From positions 408,007-472,006 of the forward strand of contig JACROE010000002.1 of the NCBI GenBank assembly GCA_016214565.1: DNA of 64,000 nt, read 5' to 3'. Source of the DNA: Candidatus Kerfeldbacteria bacterium (GTDB lineage Bacteria; Patescibacteriota; Patescibacteriia; UBA10025; JAHIVO01). The notes beneath the pieces were generated by a model, which saw only the letters and a list, made by a program, of their open reading frames with translations, had not been told where the DNA came from and did no database searches. Positions 38,342 to 48,444 of this stretch are shown in pieces (the first letter of the stretch is position 1; each line of letters starts with the position of its first letter). The translations under genes and the position numbers were made by a program.

Positions 38342-39706
38342 ATGGACACCAAACAACTGTGGGATGCCGTCTTGGGAGAGCTCGAGCTATCACTTAGCAA
38401 GGCAAATTTCACCACCTGGTTTAAAAATACATACGTCGACACCTTTGCGGATGGTTCGGTGATTATTGCGGTGCCCAATGCATTCACCAAAACGTGGTTA
38501 GAAAATAAATACCACAAGGAGATCGTTAAGGCAATTCAGAACGCCACCGACAATTCAGTAAAATCAATCACCTACGCTGTCAAAAGCGGCCGCCCCGGTG
38601 GCACGGTTGGTCCAAGTATAGATGCGGCTCGCACGAGCGACGCGGCCGTAGCCGAACCCGTTCCCGCGGCACGCAACGGCTTTGGCCTCAACGCACGATA
38701 TACATTCGATAGTTTTATTGTTGGTAAAAGCAATGAATTAGCTCATGCCGCCTGCCTGGCGGTTAGCCAGCGCCCCGGCGAAGTATACAACCCCCTCTTC
38801 CTCTATGGCGGAGCTGGCTTGGGTAAAACGCACTTGATGCAAGCGATCGCCCACGAAGTCCTTAAGCGGTGGCCGGATAAGTCAATTATTTATGTTAGTT
38901 GCGAAAAGTTCACCAATGAATTTATCCAATCAATCAGTAGCGGTGAAGCCGATCGATTTAAAAATCACTATCGCTCCGCGGATTTATTGCTGATTGATGA
39001 TATTCAATTTCTCGCTGGCAAAGAGGGCACCCAGGAAGAGTTTTTTCATACGTTCAACGCCTTACACCAGCAAAACAAACAAATTGTCGTTAGCTCTGAC
39101 CGCCCTCCCAAGGCCATCCCAGCGCTCGAAAGTCGCCTGGTATCGCGCTTCGAGTGGGGTATGATTGCGGATATTTCGCAGCCAGATTTTGAAAACCGCG
39201 TAGCTATTTTAAAGGCTAAGGTTAGAGAAAAATCAGCCACCTTACCCGATGACGTCATCACCGCAATCGCCACAACCGTACAGAGTAATGTCCGAGAGCT
39301 TGAGGGTGCTCTCAATCGGATCATCGCCTATCACCAGCTGGATAATTCCACGCCAAGCGCCCAATCCGTCAAATCAATTCTCTCCAGCATGTCCGAGCAC
39401 CAAAAGCGCGACGGGGCAATCACCGTCAAACAGATTATCACCACCGTTGCTGATTTTTTTGATGTCGGTGTCGATGACGTGCTGGGTAGCAGCCGTAAAA
39501 AAGAACTGGTTAACCCACGGCAAATCTGCATGTTCCTTATGCGCGAAGAGGCTAAGTGCTCCTATCCGACCATTGGACACGAGTTGGGCGGCCGTGACCA
39601 CACCACTGCTATGCACGCATACGAAAAGATTAAAAAAGCGGTTAATGATGATGAAAAAATCCGTCATGATATTAATTTAATCCGACAACGATTGTTCAAC
39701 GAATAG
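38342..39706 (+). CDS. dnaA: Chromosomal replication initiator DnaA
   Basis: YNPLFLYGGAGLGKTHL, LLIDDIQF, RLVSRF.WG, NVRELEGAL, GGRDHTT. Confidence 0.98.
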   Translation: MDTKQLWDAVLGELELSLSKANFTTWFKNTYVDTFADGSVIIAVPNAFTKTWLENKYHKEIVKAIQNATDNSVKSITYAVKSGRPGGTVGPSIDAARTSDAAVAEPVPAARNGFGLNARYTFDSFIVGKSNELAHAACLAVSQRPGEVYNPLFLYGGAGLGKTHLMQAIAHEVLKRWPDKSIIYVSCEKFTNEFIQSISSGEADRFKNHYRSADLLLIDDIQFLAGKEGTQEEFFHTFNALHQQNKQIVVSSDRPPKAIPALESRLVSRFEWGMIADISQPDFENRVAILKAKVREKSATLPDDVITAIATTVQSNVRELEGALNRIIAYHQLDNSTPSAQSVKSILSSMSEHQKRDGAITVKQIITTVADFFDVGVDDVLGSSRKKELVNPRQICMFLMREEAKCSYPTIGHELGGRDHTTAMHAYEKIKKAVNDDEKIRHDINLIRQRLFNE

Positions 39707-39985
39707 GTTTACATTGTGGATGAGATGCGCATGGACAGTGTATGCACACAGGCTCAACTGAGGACAGACAGCGCTTCATGTCTGTATAAAAAATAAAAAT
39801 AAAGTTGACTTTCCCTTTTTTAAAAACTTGTCCACATATAGTTCTCTTTTCGTTCGCATGCCTATACACATCTTATACCGGCGAAGGATGATGAATCTCT
39901 TTATTCCATCGGTGTAAAAAAACTTATCCACGCTGTCCACTCCCTTATTATCATTATTATCAATATCTTAATCTATTAAATCTCT
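39707..39985. other. Replication origin (oriC) between dnaA and dnaN
   Basis: DnaA-box-like 9-mers at 39715, 39828, 39862, 39924, 39933; AT-rich trio-like tract 39945-39967. Confidence 0.8.
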
Positions 39986-41086
39986 ATGAAGATAATTTGC
40001 ACACAAGAAAATTTAGCGACTGGCCTCTCCCTGGTCAGCCATGTAGCGAGTAAAAATATTTCCCTACCCATTCTTAACAACGTGCTGATTAAAGCGGAAA
40101 AGGGTAGTGTCACGCTCATGACAACAAACCTTGAAATCGGGATTATTACTCAGGTTCGCGGCAAGGTCGAACAAGAAGGATCCATAACCGTACAGGCAAA
40201 AACACTTAATGATTATGTAGCGCTTTTACCGAAGGAAAACATTGAATTGGAGCTTATTGAACAAACCCTCCATGTGCGTGCTACAAAGGCAAAAACCTCA
40301 ATGAAAGGGGTTGACCCGTCTGAATTCCCATTAATTCCGACAGTTGAGGCTCAGCGAGAAATATCTATCCCCGCTGCCCAACTCAAAGATGCGCTGACGA
40401 GCGTGGCCTTTGCTGCGGCGTATGACGAAACTAGACCAGAGATCAGCGGTGTGTTATTCCAATTCAACGGTACTGCGCTGACGCTGGCCGCAACCGATAG
40501 CTATCGCCTCGCTGAGCGAACGATGACCTTGGCCGAATCAGTACCCGAGTATCACGTCATTATTCCCATGCGTACTGCTCAGGAGTTGATTCGAATAATT
40601 CAGGAGGTAGGCGATTCGGTAAACATTAAGAGCAATGAGAATCAAATAGTTTTCAGCACCGGTGGCGTCTCGCTCACCTCTCGGATCATTGAGGGGCACT
40701 ACCCTGATTATAAACAAATTATTCCTCAGGAATCGGCCACGCGGGCCACGCTGCAGGTGCGCGCTTTTGCGAACACCGTGAAACAGGCTAGTTTATTCTG
40801 CAAGCCGGGGAGCAATGACATCTTGCTTATTTTTGATAAGCCCGCCGGACGCATCACGGTATCGGCAACCAACGTCCAGATTGGAGCCAGTGAATCACAA
40901 TATGAAACAGAAATTGCTGGCGAATCAAATGACATCATTTTTAATCATCGTTTTCTCCAGGAGGGATTGCAAAATATTACAACTGACGAGTGTGTTATAG
41001 AGTTGACGACCAATAGCAGTCCCGCGCTCATTAAGCCGAAAGGAAAGGATGATTACGTGTATATCATCATGCCGATCAAGCAGTAG
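39986..41086 (+). CDS. dnaN: DNA polymerase III beta sliding clamp
   Basis: LPILNNVL, TNLEIG, AATDSYRLAE, G.YPDY..IIP, YIIMPI. Confidence 0.97.
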   Translation: MKIICTQENLATGLSLVSHVASKNISLPILNNVLIKAEKGSVTLMTTNLEIGIITQVRGKVEQEGSITVQAKTLNDYVALLPKENIELELIEQTLHVRATKAKTSMKGVDPSEFPLIPTVEAQREISIPAAQLKDALTSVAFAAAYDETRPEISGVLFQFNGTALTLAATDSYRLAERTMTLAESVPEYHVIIPMRTAQELIRIIQEVGDSVNIKSNENQIVFSTGGVSLTSRIIEGHYPDYKQIIPQESATRATLQVRAFANTVKQASLFCKPGSNDILLIFDKPAGRITVSATNVQIGASESQYETEIAGESNDIIFNHRFLQEGLQNITTDECVIELTTNSSPALIKPKGKDDYVYIIMPIKQ

Positions 41087-41109
41087 CCGTTTCGTAACGC
41101 ACCTATCTA

Positions 41110-41142
41110 AAAACCGCTCTCGGATTCTCCGGGGGCGGTTTT
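41110..41142. terminator. Bidirectional terminator between dnaN and PBP gene
   Basis: aaaaccgctctcgg/ccgggggcggtttt stem. Confidence 0.75.
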
Positions 41143-41147
41143 GGTTT

Positions 41148-43778
41148 TTATGGAGCGCTATTTACATTCGTGGCAGGAGTGGGGAGATAATTGATAGTGG
41201 TGGTTGTGCTGGCGCTATTACCCACGTCATCATACACGGTTGCGGTAATATCATGGAAACCCACTACCGTCCCTTTGGGAATAGTGTATTCGAGACTAAA
41301 AGGCGACCTAGTTGCCGTTGGCATCGCGGTACCATCAAACGAATATTCAACCTTGGTAATTTTTCGCGGCTTCGGGGCACTCACGGAAACGGTGACGCTC
41401 AGAGCGGCCTGGTCAACCGTGTCGCCGGTGATGGGCGCGGTAATACTGATTTCAGGTGCGCGATCTGGATCATGTATCTTACAATCTTCAAGCGCAGGAA
41501 GTGTCTCAAGGTAATTATTTTTTTCCGCCCAACGGCGAATGGGTTCTTCCCAGCGCTGGTATTGTGGGTCGGCACTCGGGTTATTTGGGACTGGTCCGCG
41601 CGGGTCATCCTTATTGACGTAGTGTAAAATAGTATGGGCAATACGCACAGTTTTTTCCGCGATAAATTTTTTCGGATAGGCGTCTTTGCATTCGTCGGGT
41701 ATGCGGTTACCTGTAATTGAATCAACCAGGATAGTGGTGCCACCCTCGAGTTCGCCGCGTAAGACGGGTTTGCTGACCGGGTCTGCCGCCGGTCTTTGAA
41801 ATGGCTCGGCCGGACCGCCGACCGTTCGTTTCATAAATTCGTGCCAGATTGGCGCCGCGACGATTGAGCCATCAGCGCCGCGCCTCATCTCTGAATTATC
41901 ATTATTGCCTACCCAGACGCCAGTAGCATAGGAAGGCGTGTAGCCCATCGTCCAGGCATCGCGGTAGTCATTGGTCGTTCCGGTCTTTGCGGCGACTGGC
42001 CGGCCGGGTAGCGTGAGGTAGCCTCCGGCACCAAAAATATACGCACGAGAGCTATCATCTGACAGAACGTCATTGAGTAGGCGGAGCGCTTTTGCATCAA
42101 AGACCTCCTCGGAGCGCTCTTCGTATTGTTCTAAAATTTTTCCTTGGGGGTCTTCGACGCGCAAGATGCCGGTCGGTGGGTGGTATATTCCTTCGCGGGC
42201 AAACGTAGCAAAAGCCGCCGTGTGCTCAAGCAGAGTAACCTCTCCGCCGCCCAAGACAAGCGAGAGTCCAAACCGACTGCGATCACCCAAGGTAGTGTAA
42301 CCTAATTTTTGTGCGTTCTCCAAGACCGTATCAATCCCCGCTAGGTATAATGTTTTGACCGCGGGAATGTTAAGTGAGCCTGCCAGCGCCTTCCGCATAG
42401 TCAATGGGCCGCGTTCACCGAGGTCGTAATCTTTTGGCTCGTAATCCGGGCCGTCAGTTTTGAATTTGGTGACTAAATCAAAGAGGATGGTATTATCCGT
42501 ATAGCCCTTGGCAAACGCGCTGGCATACACTAACGGTTTAAATGAGGAACCGGGTTGGCGGGGGCGAAGCGCAACGTTGACCTGACCGTCAATTGATTCG
42601 TCAAAGTAATCTTTGGATCCGACCATAGCGAGGATTTGCCCGGTTTTCGTCTCGATATTTACGAGCGCGGCATTGCTTGCATTATATCGCTCGGCATTTT
42701 TTGGCGCGTATTTTTCAATAACCTCTTCGGCAACCTGCTGCTTATCAATATTGAGCGTGGTGATGACTTTCAGGCCGCCTTGCTCGACGACCGTCTCGCC
42801 ATATTTGTCCGCCAGCTGCTCGCGTACCCAGAGGACGAAGTGGGGTGCGCGAATATTTTCGTATGGGGGGCGAAGTTTTTCTAGAAGATTAATCGTCTTG
42901 GCCTCATCAGCCTGCTCTTTTGTGATATATCCCTGCTCCACCATCGTATCCAGCACCAAATGAATGCGCACGCTTAACGCGTCTACATTGTTGCCATAGG
43001 GTGAGTAGTAGGTGGGCCGATTTGGGATGGCAGCGAGGAACGCCGCTTCGGCAAGGGTCACATCCCGCACTGATTTACCGAAGAAGGACTGCGCTGCCGC
43101 CTCGACTCCGTACCGTGTGGAGCCAAATGGGATTTCATTAAAATACATTTGCAGAATCTGATCCTTGGTGAAATTTTGCTCCAATTGGTAGGCTAAAATT
43201 AACTCTTTCAGCTTACGGGTGTAGGAGCGCTCGTCAGTAAGGATTGCGTTTTTTACAAATTGTTGGGTGATGGTTGAACCGCCTCGCTGTGGACAGAGGC
43301 CGCCGAGATTACCCACTACTTCATGACAGACCGCCTTGGCGATGCCGGGCAAGTCAAACCCTTTATGGTTATAGAAGTCATTATCTTCGATGGCAATAGT
43401 TGCCTGCTTCATGATATCCGGCACGTCCTTTATTTGGATCAGCGTTCGTTGGACGTCGCCGTGGATCTCGTAGAGCAGCGTGGTTTCATCTCGTGCGTAA
43501 ATTTTGGTGCTCTGGGCCACCGATCGATCAATTACTTTATCTGGGTCAGGCAGGTCGCGTGATACCCAAGCAAACGCCGCCACTCCGCCAATTACCGCTA
43601 GCACTATCAAAATGCCGAGACCAGGCAGGCCGTAGCGGGTTAGTTTTTTCTTCCAGCCTTTCGGTCGGGGGCGTTGAGCGGACGACCGTTTTTCATGCGC
43701 AGCGCCAGAAATCTGGCTGACGCGCTGGCCAATCTTGCGAATACGGAAATTTGGTTGTTGCAGCGAAGGGATAGGCAT
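41148..43778 (-). CDS. Class A penicillin-binding protein (PBP1A family) with C-terminal Ig-like domain
   Basis: EDNDFY.H.G, GGSTITQQ, RKLKE, GSSFKP (SxxK), SLN, KTGT. Confidence 0.95.
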   Translation of the reverse strand: MPIPSLQQPNFRIRKIGQRVSQISGAAHEKRSSAQRPRPKGWKKKLTRYGLPGLGILIVLAVIGGVAAFAWVSRDLPDPDKVIDRSVAQSTKIYARDETTLLYEIHGDVQRTLIQIKDVPDIMKQATIAIEDNDFYNHKGFDLPGIAKAVCHEVVGNLGGLCPQRGGSTITQQFVKNAILTDERSYTRKLKELILAYQLEQNFTKDQILQMYFNEIPFGSTRYGVEAAAQSFFGKSVRDVTLAEAAFLAAIPNRPTYYSPYGNNVDALSVRIHLVLDTMVEQGYITKEQADEAKTINLLEKLRPPYENIRAPHFVLWVREQLADKYGETVVEQGGLKVITTLNIDKQQVAEEVIEKYAPKNAERYNASNAALVNIETKTGQILAMVGSKDYFDESIDGQVNVALRPRQPGSSFKPLVYASAFAKGYTDNTILFDLVTKFKTDGPDYEPKDYDLGERGPLTMRKALAGSLNIPAVKTLYLAGIDTVLENAQKLGYTTLGDRSRFGLSLVLGGGEVTLLEHTAAFATFAREGIYHPPTGILRVEDPQGKILEQYEERSEEVFDAKALRLLNDVLSDDSSRAYIFGAGGYLTLPGRPVAAKTGTTNDYRDAWTMGYTPSYATGVWVGNNDNSEMRRGADGSIVAAPIWHEFMKRTVGGPAEPFQRPAADPVSKPVLRGELEGGTTILVDSITGNRIPDECKDAYPKKFIAEKTVRIAHTILHYVNKDDPRGPVPNNPSADPQYQRWEEPIRRWAEKNNYLETLPALEDCKIHDPDRAPEISITAPITGDTVDQAALSVTVSVSAPKPRKITKVEYSFDGTAMPTATRSPFSLEYTIPKGTVVGFHDITATVYDDVGNSASTTTTINYLPTPATNVNSAP

Positions 43779-43781
43779 AGG

Positions 43782-44681
43782 TTACCGATGGCGAGGAACA
43801 ATAAGTGTAGCACCAATTACTCCGGCATCATAATGTAATTTTGACACGACGATTTTTGTTTTCTTGAGTATTGCCGGCGCGATTAGCGGCCTCATATGTT
43901 TGAGGGCCGGCTTGATGAGCATTGGCAGGTGGGCAAGGCCACCACCGAGCACAATAATTTCTGGAGAGTAAGCGTGGATAGCATTCGCCAGCCCGATTGC
44001 CAGCGAAGTGCTGGCACGAGCCATCACCTGCTTCGCCACCCGTTTTCCCGCTCGCGCCGCAGCCACGATGTCATATGAAGAAAGTTTGGCGCCGGTTTTT
44101 TGGCGGTAGATTGATTGGAGGGCTCGGCCGGAGACCAGCGCTTCGAAATGGCCGTAACGACCACAGCTGCAACGAGCGAGCGAAGGAGATTCAATTATGG
44201 TATGGCCAAATTCAACGGCGTTAAAGCCGCCGTGGTAGATTCTTTTGTTGATGACAAGCCCGGCACCAATGCCCGTGCCGATGGTGATCGAGAGAACAGT
44301 GTTGTATTTTTTCCCTAGGCCAACGGTAGCTTCGGCGAGTGCGATGCAGTTTGCGTCATTATCAATTCTAACCGGGACGCGGTACTTTTTCTCAAGGATT
44401 TTTTGTAGGGGGACCCGGTGCCAATTGTGTGGCAGATTTGGCGATTCGGCTACGATCCCGGTGGCCGTGTCCACGGTGCCGGTAATGCCAACGCCGATAC
44501 CCCCGATGGTCTGGGTACTAAAAAACCGATCAATTGCCTGGGTAATGCTTTTGAGCGTGCGTGCGGTGTCGCGAATGTCATTGGGCAGTTGGTCGCTGGC
44601 GATGACCTGGTGGGCGTCAGTTATGATACCTACTTGGATTTTAGTGCCGCCAATATCGAGGCCAATAGTGCGTCTAGGCAT
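43782..44681 (-). CDS. ROK-family sugar kinase (glucokinase-like)
   Basis: GLDIGGTK, DNDAN, GTGIGAG, EFGH, CSCG..GHFE. Confidence 0.92.
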   Translation of the reverse strand: MPRRTIGLDIGGTKIQVGIITDAHQVIASDQLPNDIRDTARTLKSITQAIDRFFSTQTIGGIGVGITGTVDTATGIVAESPNLPHNWHRVPLQKILEKKYRVPVRIDNDANCIALAEATVGLGKKYNTVLSITIGTGIGAGLVINKRIYHGGFNAVEFGHTIIESPSLARCSCGRYGHFEALVSGRALQSIYRQKTGAKLSSYDIVAAARAGKRVAKQVMARASTSLAIGLANAIHAYSPEIIVLGGGLAHLPMLIKPALKHMRPLIAPAILKKTKIVVSKLHYDAGVIGATLIVPRHR

Positions 44682-44751
44682 GGGTAATATTTGTTGTGAA
44701 ATCCTTTTTATTATACCAAAGTTACGGTATACTATAAACTACGAATAGGCT

Positions 44752-45939
44752 ATGAAAACTATTTCAAAAGACACAATCCATGAGGTCATGACACGCGGAG
44801 TGGCAGAAGTTGTTGTGGCGGAGAGCCTCTCACAGAAGCTCACATCGGGGAAGCGACTTCGAGTGAAGCTTGGCATTGACCCCACCTCCCCGAAGCTGCA
44901 CCTGGGGCATACCGTTGTATTACGCAAATTGCGCCAGTTTCAGCAGCTGGGGCACCGAGTAATTTTTTTGGTTGGCGATTTTACGGCTCGTATTGGCGAC
45001 CCTAGCGGTAAGCTGTCTGCCCGTCAGCCGCTCACCGAAAAAGAAATCAAGGTGAACATGAAGTCCTATGTGAAACAAGCAGCGCGCATTTTGGACATTA
45101 ATAAAACTGAAGTACGCTATAACTCCGAATGGCTGAAGCCAATGGATTTTGCCGAGCTTTTTCAGCTGACCAGCTACTTCACCGTCAATCAGATGCTGGA
45201 GCGGGATATGTTCCAGGAGCGACTGAAAAAAATGAAGCCACTCTGGGTGCATGAGTTGATGTATCCGATTTTGCAGGGGTATGATTCGGTTGCCCTGCGT
45301 GCCGACCTTGAGCTGGGTGGCACTGACCAGACGTTTAATGTATTAGCCGCCCGTACTATCCAGCCGCGCTATGATCAGGAACCACAGGACATCATGACCG
45401 TGCCATTGATCGAGGGTACGGATGGTGCGCACAAAATGAGTAAGAGTGTAGGCAACACAATAGAGCTGGATGACACCCCCCAGGACATGTTTGGCAAAGT
45501 GATGTCGCTTCCCGATTCGCTCATTATTAAGTATTTTACTTTATTAACCGACGTGTCCTTGAAGCAGATTGGCGAGTATGTACAGGCGATGCGCTCAGGG
45601 GACAACCCGCGCGATTTCAAAGTACTGCTGGCACGCGAACTGGTGACCATGTATCACAGCGCCAACGCGGCGACGAAAGCAGCGGCTGATTTCTCCTCGA
45701 CGTTCACTCACAAGCAAGCGCCAAAAGATATTCCTGAAAAATCTATCAAAGGGAAAGATTTGAAGACTAATGCTGACATGGTGGCCTTCCTTTTTAGCGT
45801 AAGCAAATCCGAAGCGCGTCGATTGATTGGCCAAAACGCGATTGAATGTGATGGCGTACAGGTAGTTGACCCGAATAAGCGCCCGATGCACGGGATGTAT
45901 AAAAAGGGCCGGCATTATATGAAAGCGGTGCTTGTATAG
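44752..45939 (+). CDS. tyrS: Tyrosine--tRNA ligase
   Basis: GIDPT...LHLGH, IGDPSGK, YPILQGYDS, GG.DQ.FN, KMSKS. Confidence 0.97.
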   Translation: MKTISKDTIHEVMTRGVAEVVVAESLSQKLTSGKRLRVKLGIDPTSPKLHLGHTVVLRKLRQFQQLGHRVIFLVGDFTARIGDPSGKLSARQPLTEKEIKVNMKSYVKQAARILDINKTEVRYNSEWLKPMDFAELFQLTSYFTVNQMLERDMFQERLKKMKPLWVHELMYPILQGYDSVALRADLELGGTDQTFNVLAARTIQPRYDQEPQDIMTVPLIEGTDGAHKMSKSVGNTIELDDTPQDMFGKVMSLPDSLIIKYFTLLTDVSLKQIGEYVQAMRSGDNPRDFKVLLARELVTMYHSANAATKAAADFSSTFTHKQAPKDIPEKSIKGKDLKTNADMVAFLFSVSKSEARRLIGQNAIECDGVQVVDPNKRPMHGMYKKGRHYMKAVLV

Positions 45940-45979
45940 TCCGAGCTTTTTGATGAAGGCCTTTGGCGATAAAAACAAA

Positions 45980-46010
45980 AAAACAGTCGCAAGCATGGAG
46001 CGGCTGTTTT
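45980..46010. terminator. Bidirectional terminator
   Basis: aaaacagtcgc/gcggctgtttt stem between convergent genes. Confidence 0.65.
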
Positions 46011-46020
46011 GATGTTTGTG

Positions 46021-46407
46021 TTAGTTGCAATTCTCCAGTGTCGGAGCGGCGTTTTCGAGTGCGCCCAATGGTTGGTTGGTCCATTGGTCAATTTCTATTA
46101 ATCGAGCGGGACGGTGGCATAATTCAAGGAAGACTTGGTTGACTTGGCTGGGCAGGAGTCCGGCATTTGATTCAATTGTATCAGCTGCCAGGGGCAGAAC
46201 TAGCGGCTCCCCTGTTGCAGCTCCCAGCACCGTAGGGTTCGAAATCCGAGCAATTGAGGCGGTCGGAGTGGAAATAGTAGCCTGGTAAGAGATGGCAAAA
46301 CCAGCCCCGAGCGCGGTTACCGCGAGAATTGCGACAATATAGAAGAGGGGTGATTGGTATGTCATATGAATTGACCTGTATCTTACCTCCTGCGAAAAAT
46401 ACGTCAA
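46021..46407 (-). CDS. Hypothetical membrane-anchored protein
   Basis: N-terminal TM, VLGA linker; start probably MTYQS. Confidence 0.6.
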   Translation of the reverse strand: MTYFSQEVRYRSIHMTYQSPLFYIVAILAVTALGAGFAISYQATISTPTASIARISNPTVLGAATGEPLVLPLAADTIESNAGLLPSQVNQVFLELCHRPARLIEIDQWTNQPLGALENAAPTLENCN

Positions 46408-46456
46408 GGTGGATAATTGACTATTCCCCTTCCTATGCTACCGTGTGGGTATTCCT

Positions 46457-47467
46457 ATGGATCAGAAAACGCCACTTCATCATAAAGCTCAGCAGATCGC
46501 TCAGGAGCGCGGATTTCATATTCGAAAGAAGATTTACGAAGCGTGGGAGCCGGGCCGCCCAATACCGCGTAACATAATTTACCTGGGCACGTGGCAGGAT
46601 AAACCGGCCGCTTTTAAGATATATGATGAACGGCGGTTGAGTGACGAGCCGCTGGCATTGCAAGCCTGGTTACAGCACAGTACCAGCACCCAGCTGATTG
46701 CCCCGGCATTGTATGATTTTGCCATAGCGTCGCCCCATGCGGGTTGGCTGATCATGGAAGAATTGCCCACGCCAGGCGGCTTCTTCGCTTCCCCACTGTC
46801 AGTTGAGGCGCGGGAGCGTTTTCTTCAATTGTATCAATGGTATCGAGTAGAATTTCCGAAGCAGCCGACTCGTCAGCTCTCACTCGCCGAAAAACTGCCC
46901 GCAGCTGAGTATCACCAGTATCGGATTTATCGTTGGTTCGAACAGGCAGTGCACGCTGAGGAAGCGCGCCGGTTGCGGCATCAGCCGACGCTATTGTCTG
47001 AAACCGAGTTCCCCCTTCTTTTTAGGCGCGCTATGGCCATCATTGGAAAACTTTTTGCGGGCAGGGCGATGGTCTGGTCGCATGGGCATTTCAAGCCCAA
47101 AGAACTTTATCATGATGAAACGCGTGATCGGTATTATTTAACTGATTTTGCCCATGTCAAAATGTACCCGGAGGGGTATGAGCTGGGGTTTATGGTGTGG
47201 GCCGATTATTTAATGTCCGGGGATTGGCGATTGCCGTATGCGGAGTGGGCGCTGCCGGTTCGGTCCTGGCGACGACGATTAGTGCGGGTGGCCATCGGAC
47301 TTGGTCTGCGCGAGCCAGCTGAGCTGATTCGAGGCAGCCTGATTGAGCGGTCGCTGGGCACTATTTTAGCTGACATTGTTGCCCGCGAGCAGCCCATTGA
47401 ACAGCAGAAAAAGCATCTGGCATTATTGATGCAGCTGCTGACTGAGCTTGTGACTGATATTCGCTAG
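46457..47467 (+). CDS. APH/choline-kinase-fold protein with non-canonical catalytic loop
   Basis: AAFKIY, WLIMEEL, WSHGHFKPKEL, LTDFAH..MYPEGYE. Confidence 0.7.
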   Translation: MDQKTPLHHKAQQIAQERGFHIRKKIYEAWEPGRPIPRNIIYLGTWQDKPAAFKIYDERRLSDEPLALQAWLQHSTSTQLIAPALYDFAIASPHAGWLIMEELPTPGGFFASPLSVEARERFLQLYQWYRVEFPKQPTRQLSLAEKLPAAEYHQYRIYRWFEQAVHAEEARRLRHQPTLLSETEFPLLFRRAMAIIGKLFAGRAMVWSHGHFKPKELYHDETRDRYYLTDFAHVKMYPEGYELGFMVWADYLMSGDWRLPYAEWALPVRSWRRRLVRVAIGLGLREPAELIRGSLIERSLGTILADIVAREQPIEQQKKHLALLMQLLTELVTDIR

Positions 47468-48444
47468 TGTCCTCGGTAGAATTTCGCGGCGTCTTCGGGT
47501 GCGACCGTGTTCACAATAACCTTTGAACCAAGCTCTACGCCGGCCCAGGTGTCACGGCGGGGGCATACCCGTAGATAAAAGTATTCTTGCGCGTCGGTGA
47601 CGGTTTGATGCATGTAGAAATTGTAGGGAAGCTGCAACTCATTCAAACGCTTGATAATTTTTTTGAGCACTTTTGCGAGCGACTTCAATTCGTCTTCCTC
47701 AAGGACGGTGATATTGTCTGCTTGCCGTTTTGGCACAATCCACGCTTCATAATTGTAGGATGAAGCGTAGGGGCAGAAAGCGGTGAGATATTTGTCACTG
47801 TAGATACGGCGCGGCCCGCGGGCTTCGTCCTGGGCTAATTTTTTATAGTAGGAGATGCCATTTTTCGTTTGGTAGGCATTAGCTCGGCTGAGTTTGTTAA
47901 TTATATGGCTCGGCACAAAGCCAGCCGCCATGATTTGAGAGTGGGCGTGTACCAGTGAAGCGCCGGCAACACCACCGTGGTTTTTGAAAATAATAATATA
48001 CTTGATTTTTGGATCTTGCATGAGAGCCAGGGTGCGCGCCACGTATGCTTTCAGCACTCGGTAGACGTGGGCCTCGCCAAATTCTGCAAATTCTTTATTA
48101 TGGTGGGGTGTTTCGATAACCACTTCCTGATGACCGTAGGCTTTAGGGTTGTCTGGACTGACAAAAGGGAAGATATTTTTTATAACCTTAATTTCCCACC
48201 ATTCGTCGGGCCCTTCTTGATACAGAGGCCGTTGCGACATCATTTTTGTTTCCAAGCAGAACGGACAGTCCTTCGATTTGACCGGCACATCCTGGACGCG
48301 TTGTGTATCATGTGGGCGTTTGGCGCGTTTGGGCGCTACGATAATAAAGCGATCGTGGATTTCATCAATCCGGATTTCGCTATTAGTAGGGAATATTTTA
48401 ACCTCGGGGAGAGGCTTCTTATTTGTTTTTTTTGACGTTGGCAT
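47464..48444 (-). CDS. GalT-like (HIT superfamily) nucleotidyltransferase
   Basis: RAKRP, CPFC, QEVVIETP.H, FKNHG..AGASLVHAHSQ. Confidence 0.88.
   Translation of the reverse strand: MPTSKKTNKKPLPEVKIFPTNSEIRIDEIHDRFIIVAPKRAKRPHDTQRVQDVPVKSKDCPFCLETKMMSQRPLYQEGPDEWWEIKVIKNIFPFVSPDNPKAYGHQEVVIETPHHNKEFAEFGEAHVYRVLKAYVARTLALMQDPKIKYIIIFKNHGGVAGASLVHAHSQIMAAGFVPSHIINKLSRANAYQTKNGISYYKKLAQDEARGPRRIYSDKYLTAFCPYASSYNYEAWIVPKRQADNITVLEEDELKSLAKVLKKIIKRLNELQLPYNFYMHQTVTDAQEYFYLRVCPRRDTWAGVELGSKVIVNTVAPEDAAKFYRGH

Noticed and set aside
41049-41627. 192-aa plus-strand ORF and the many other short antisense ORFs
   Set aside because: They are shadows of well-supported genes on the opposite strand.
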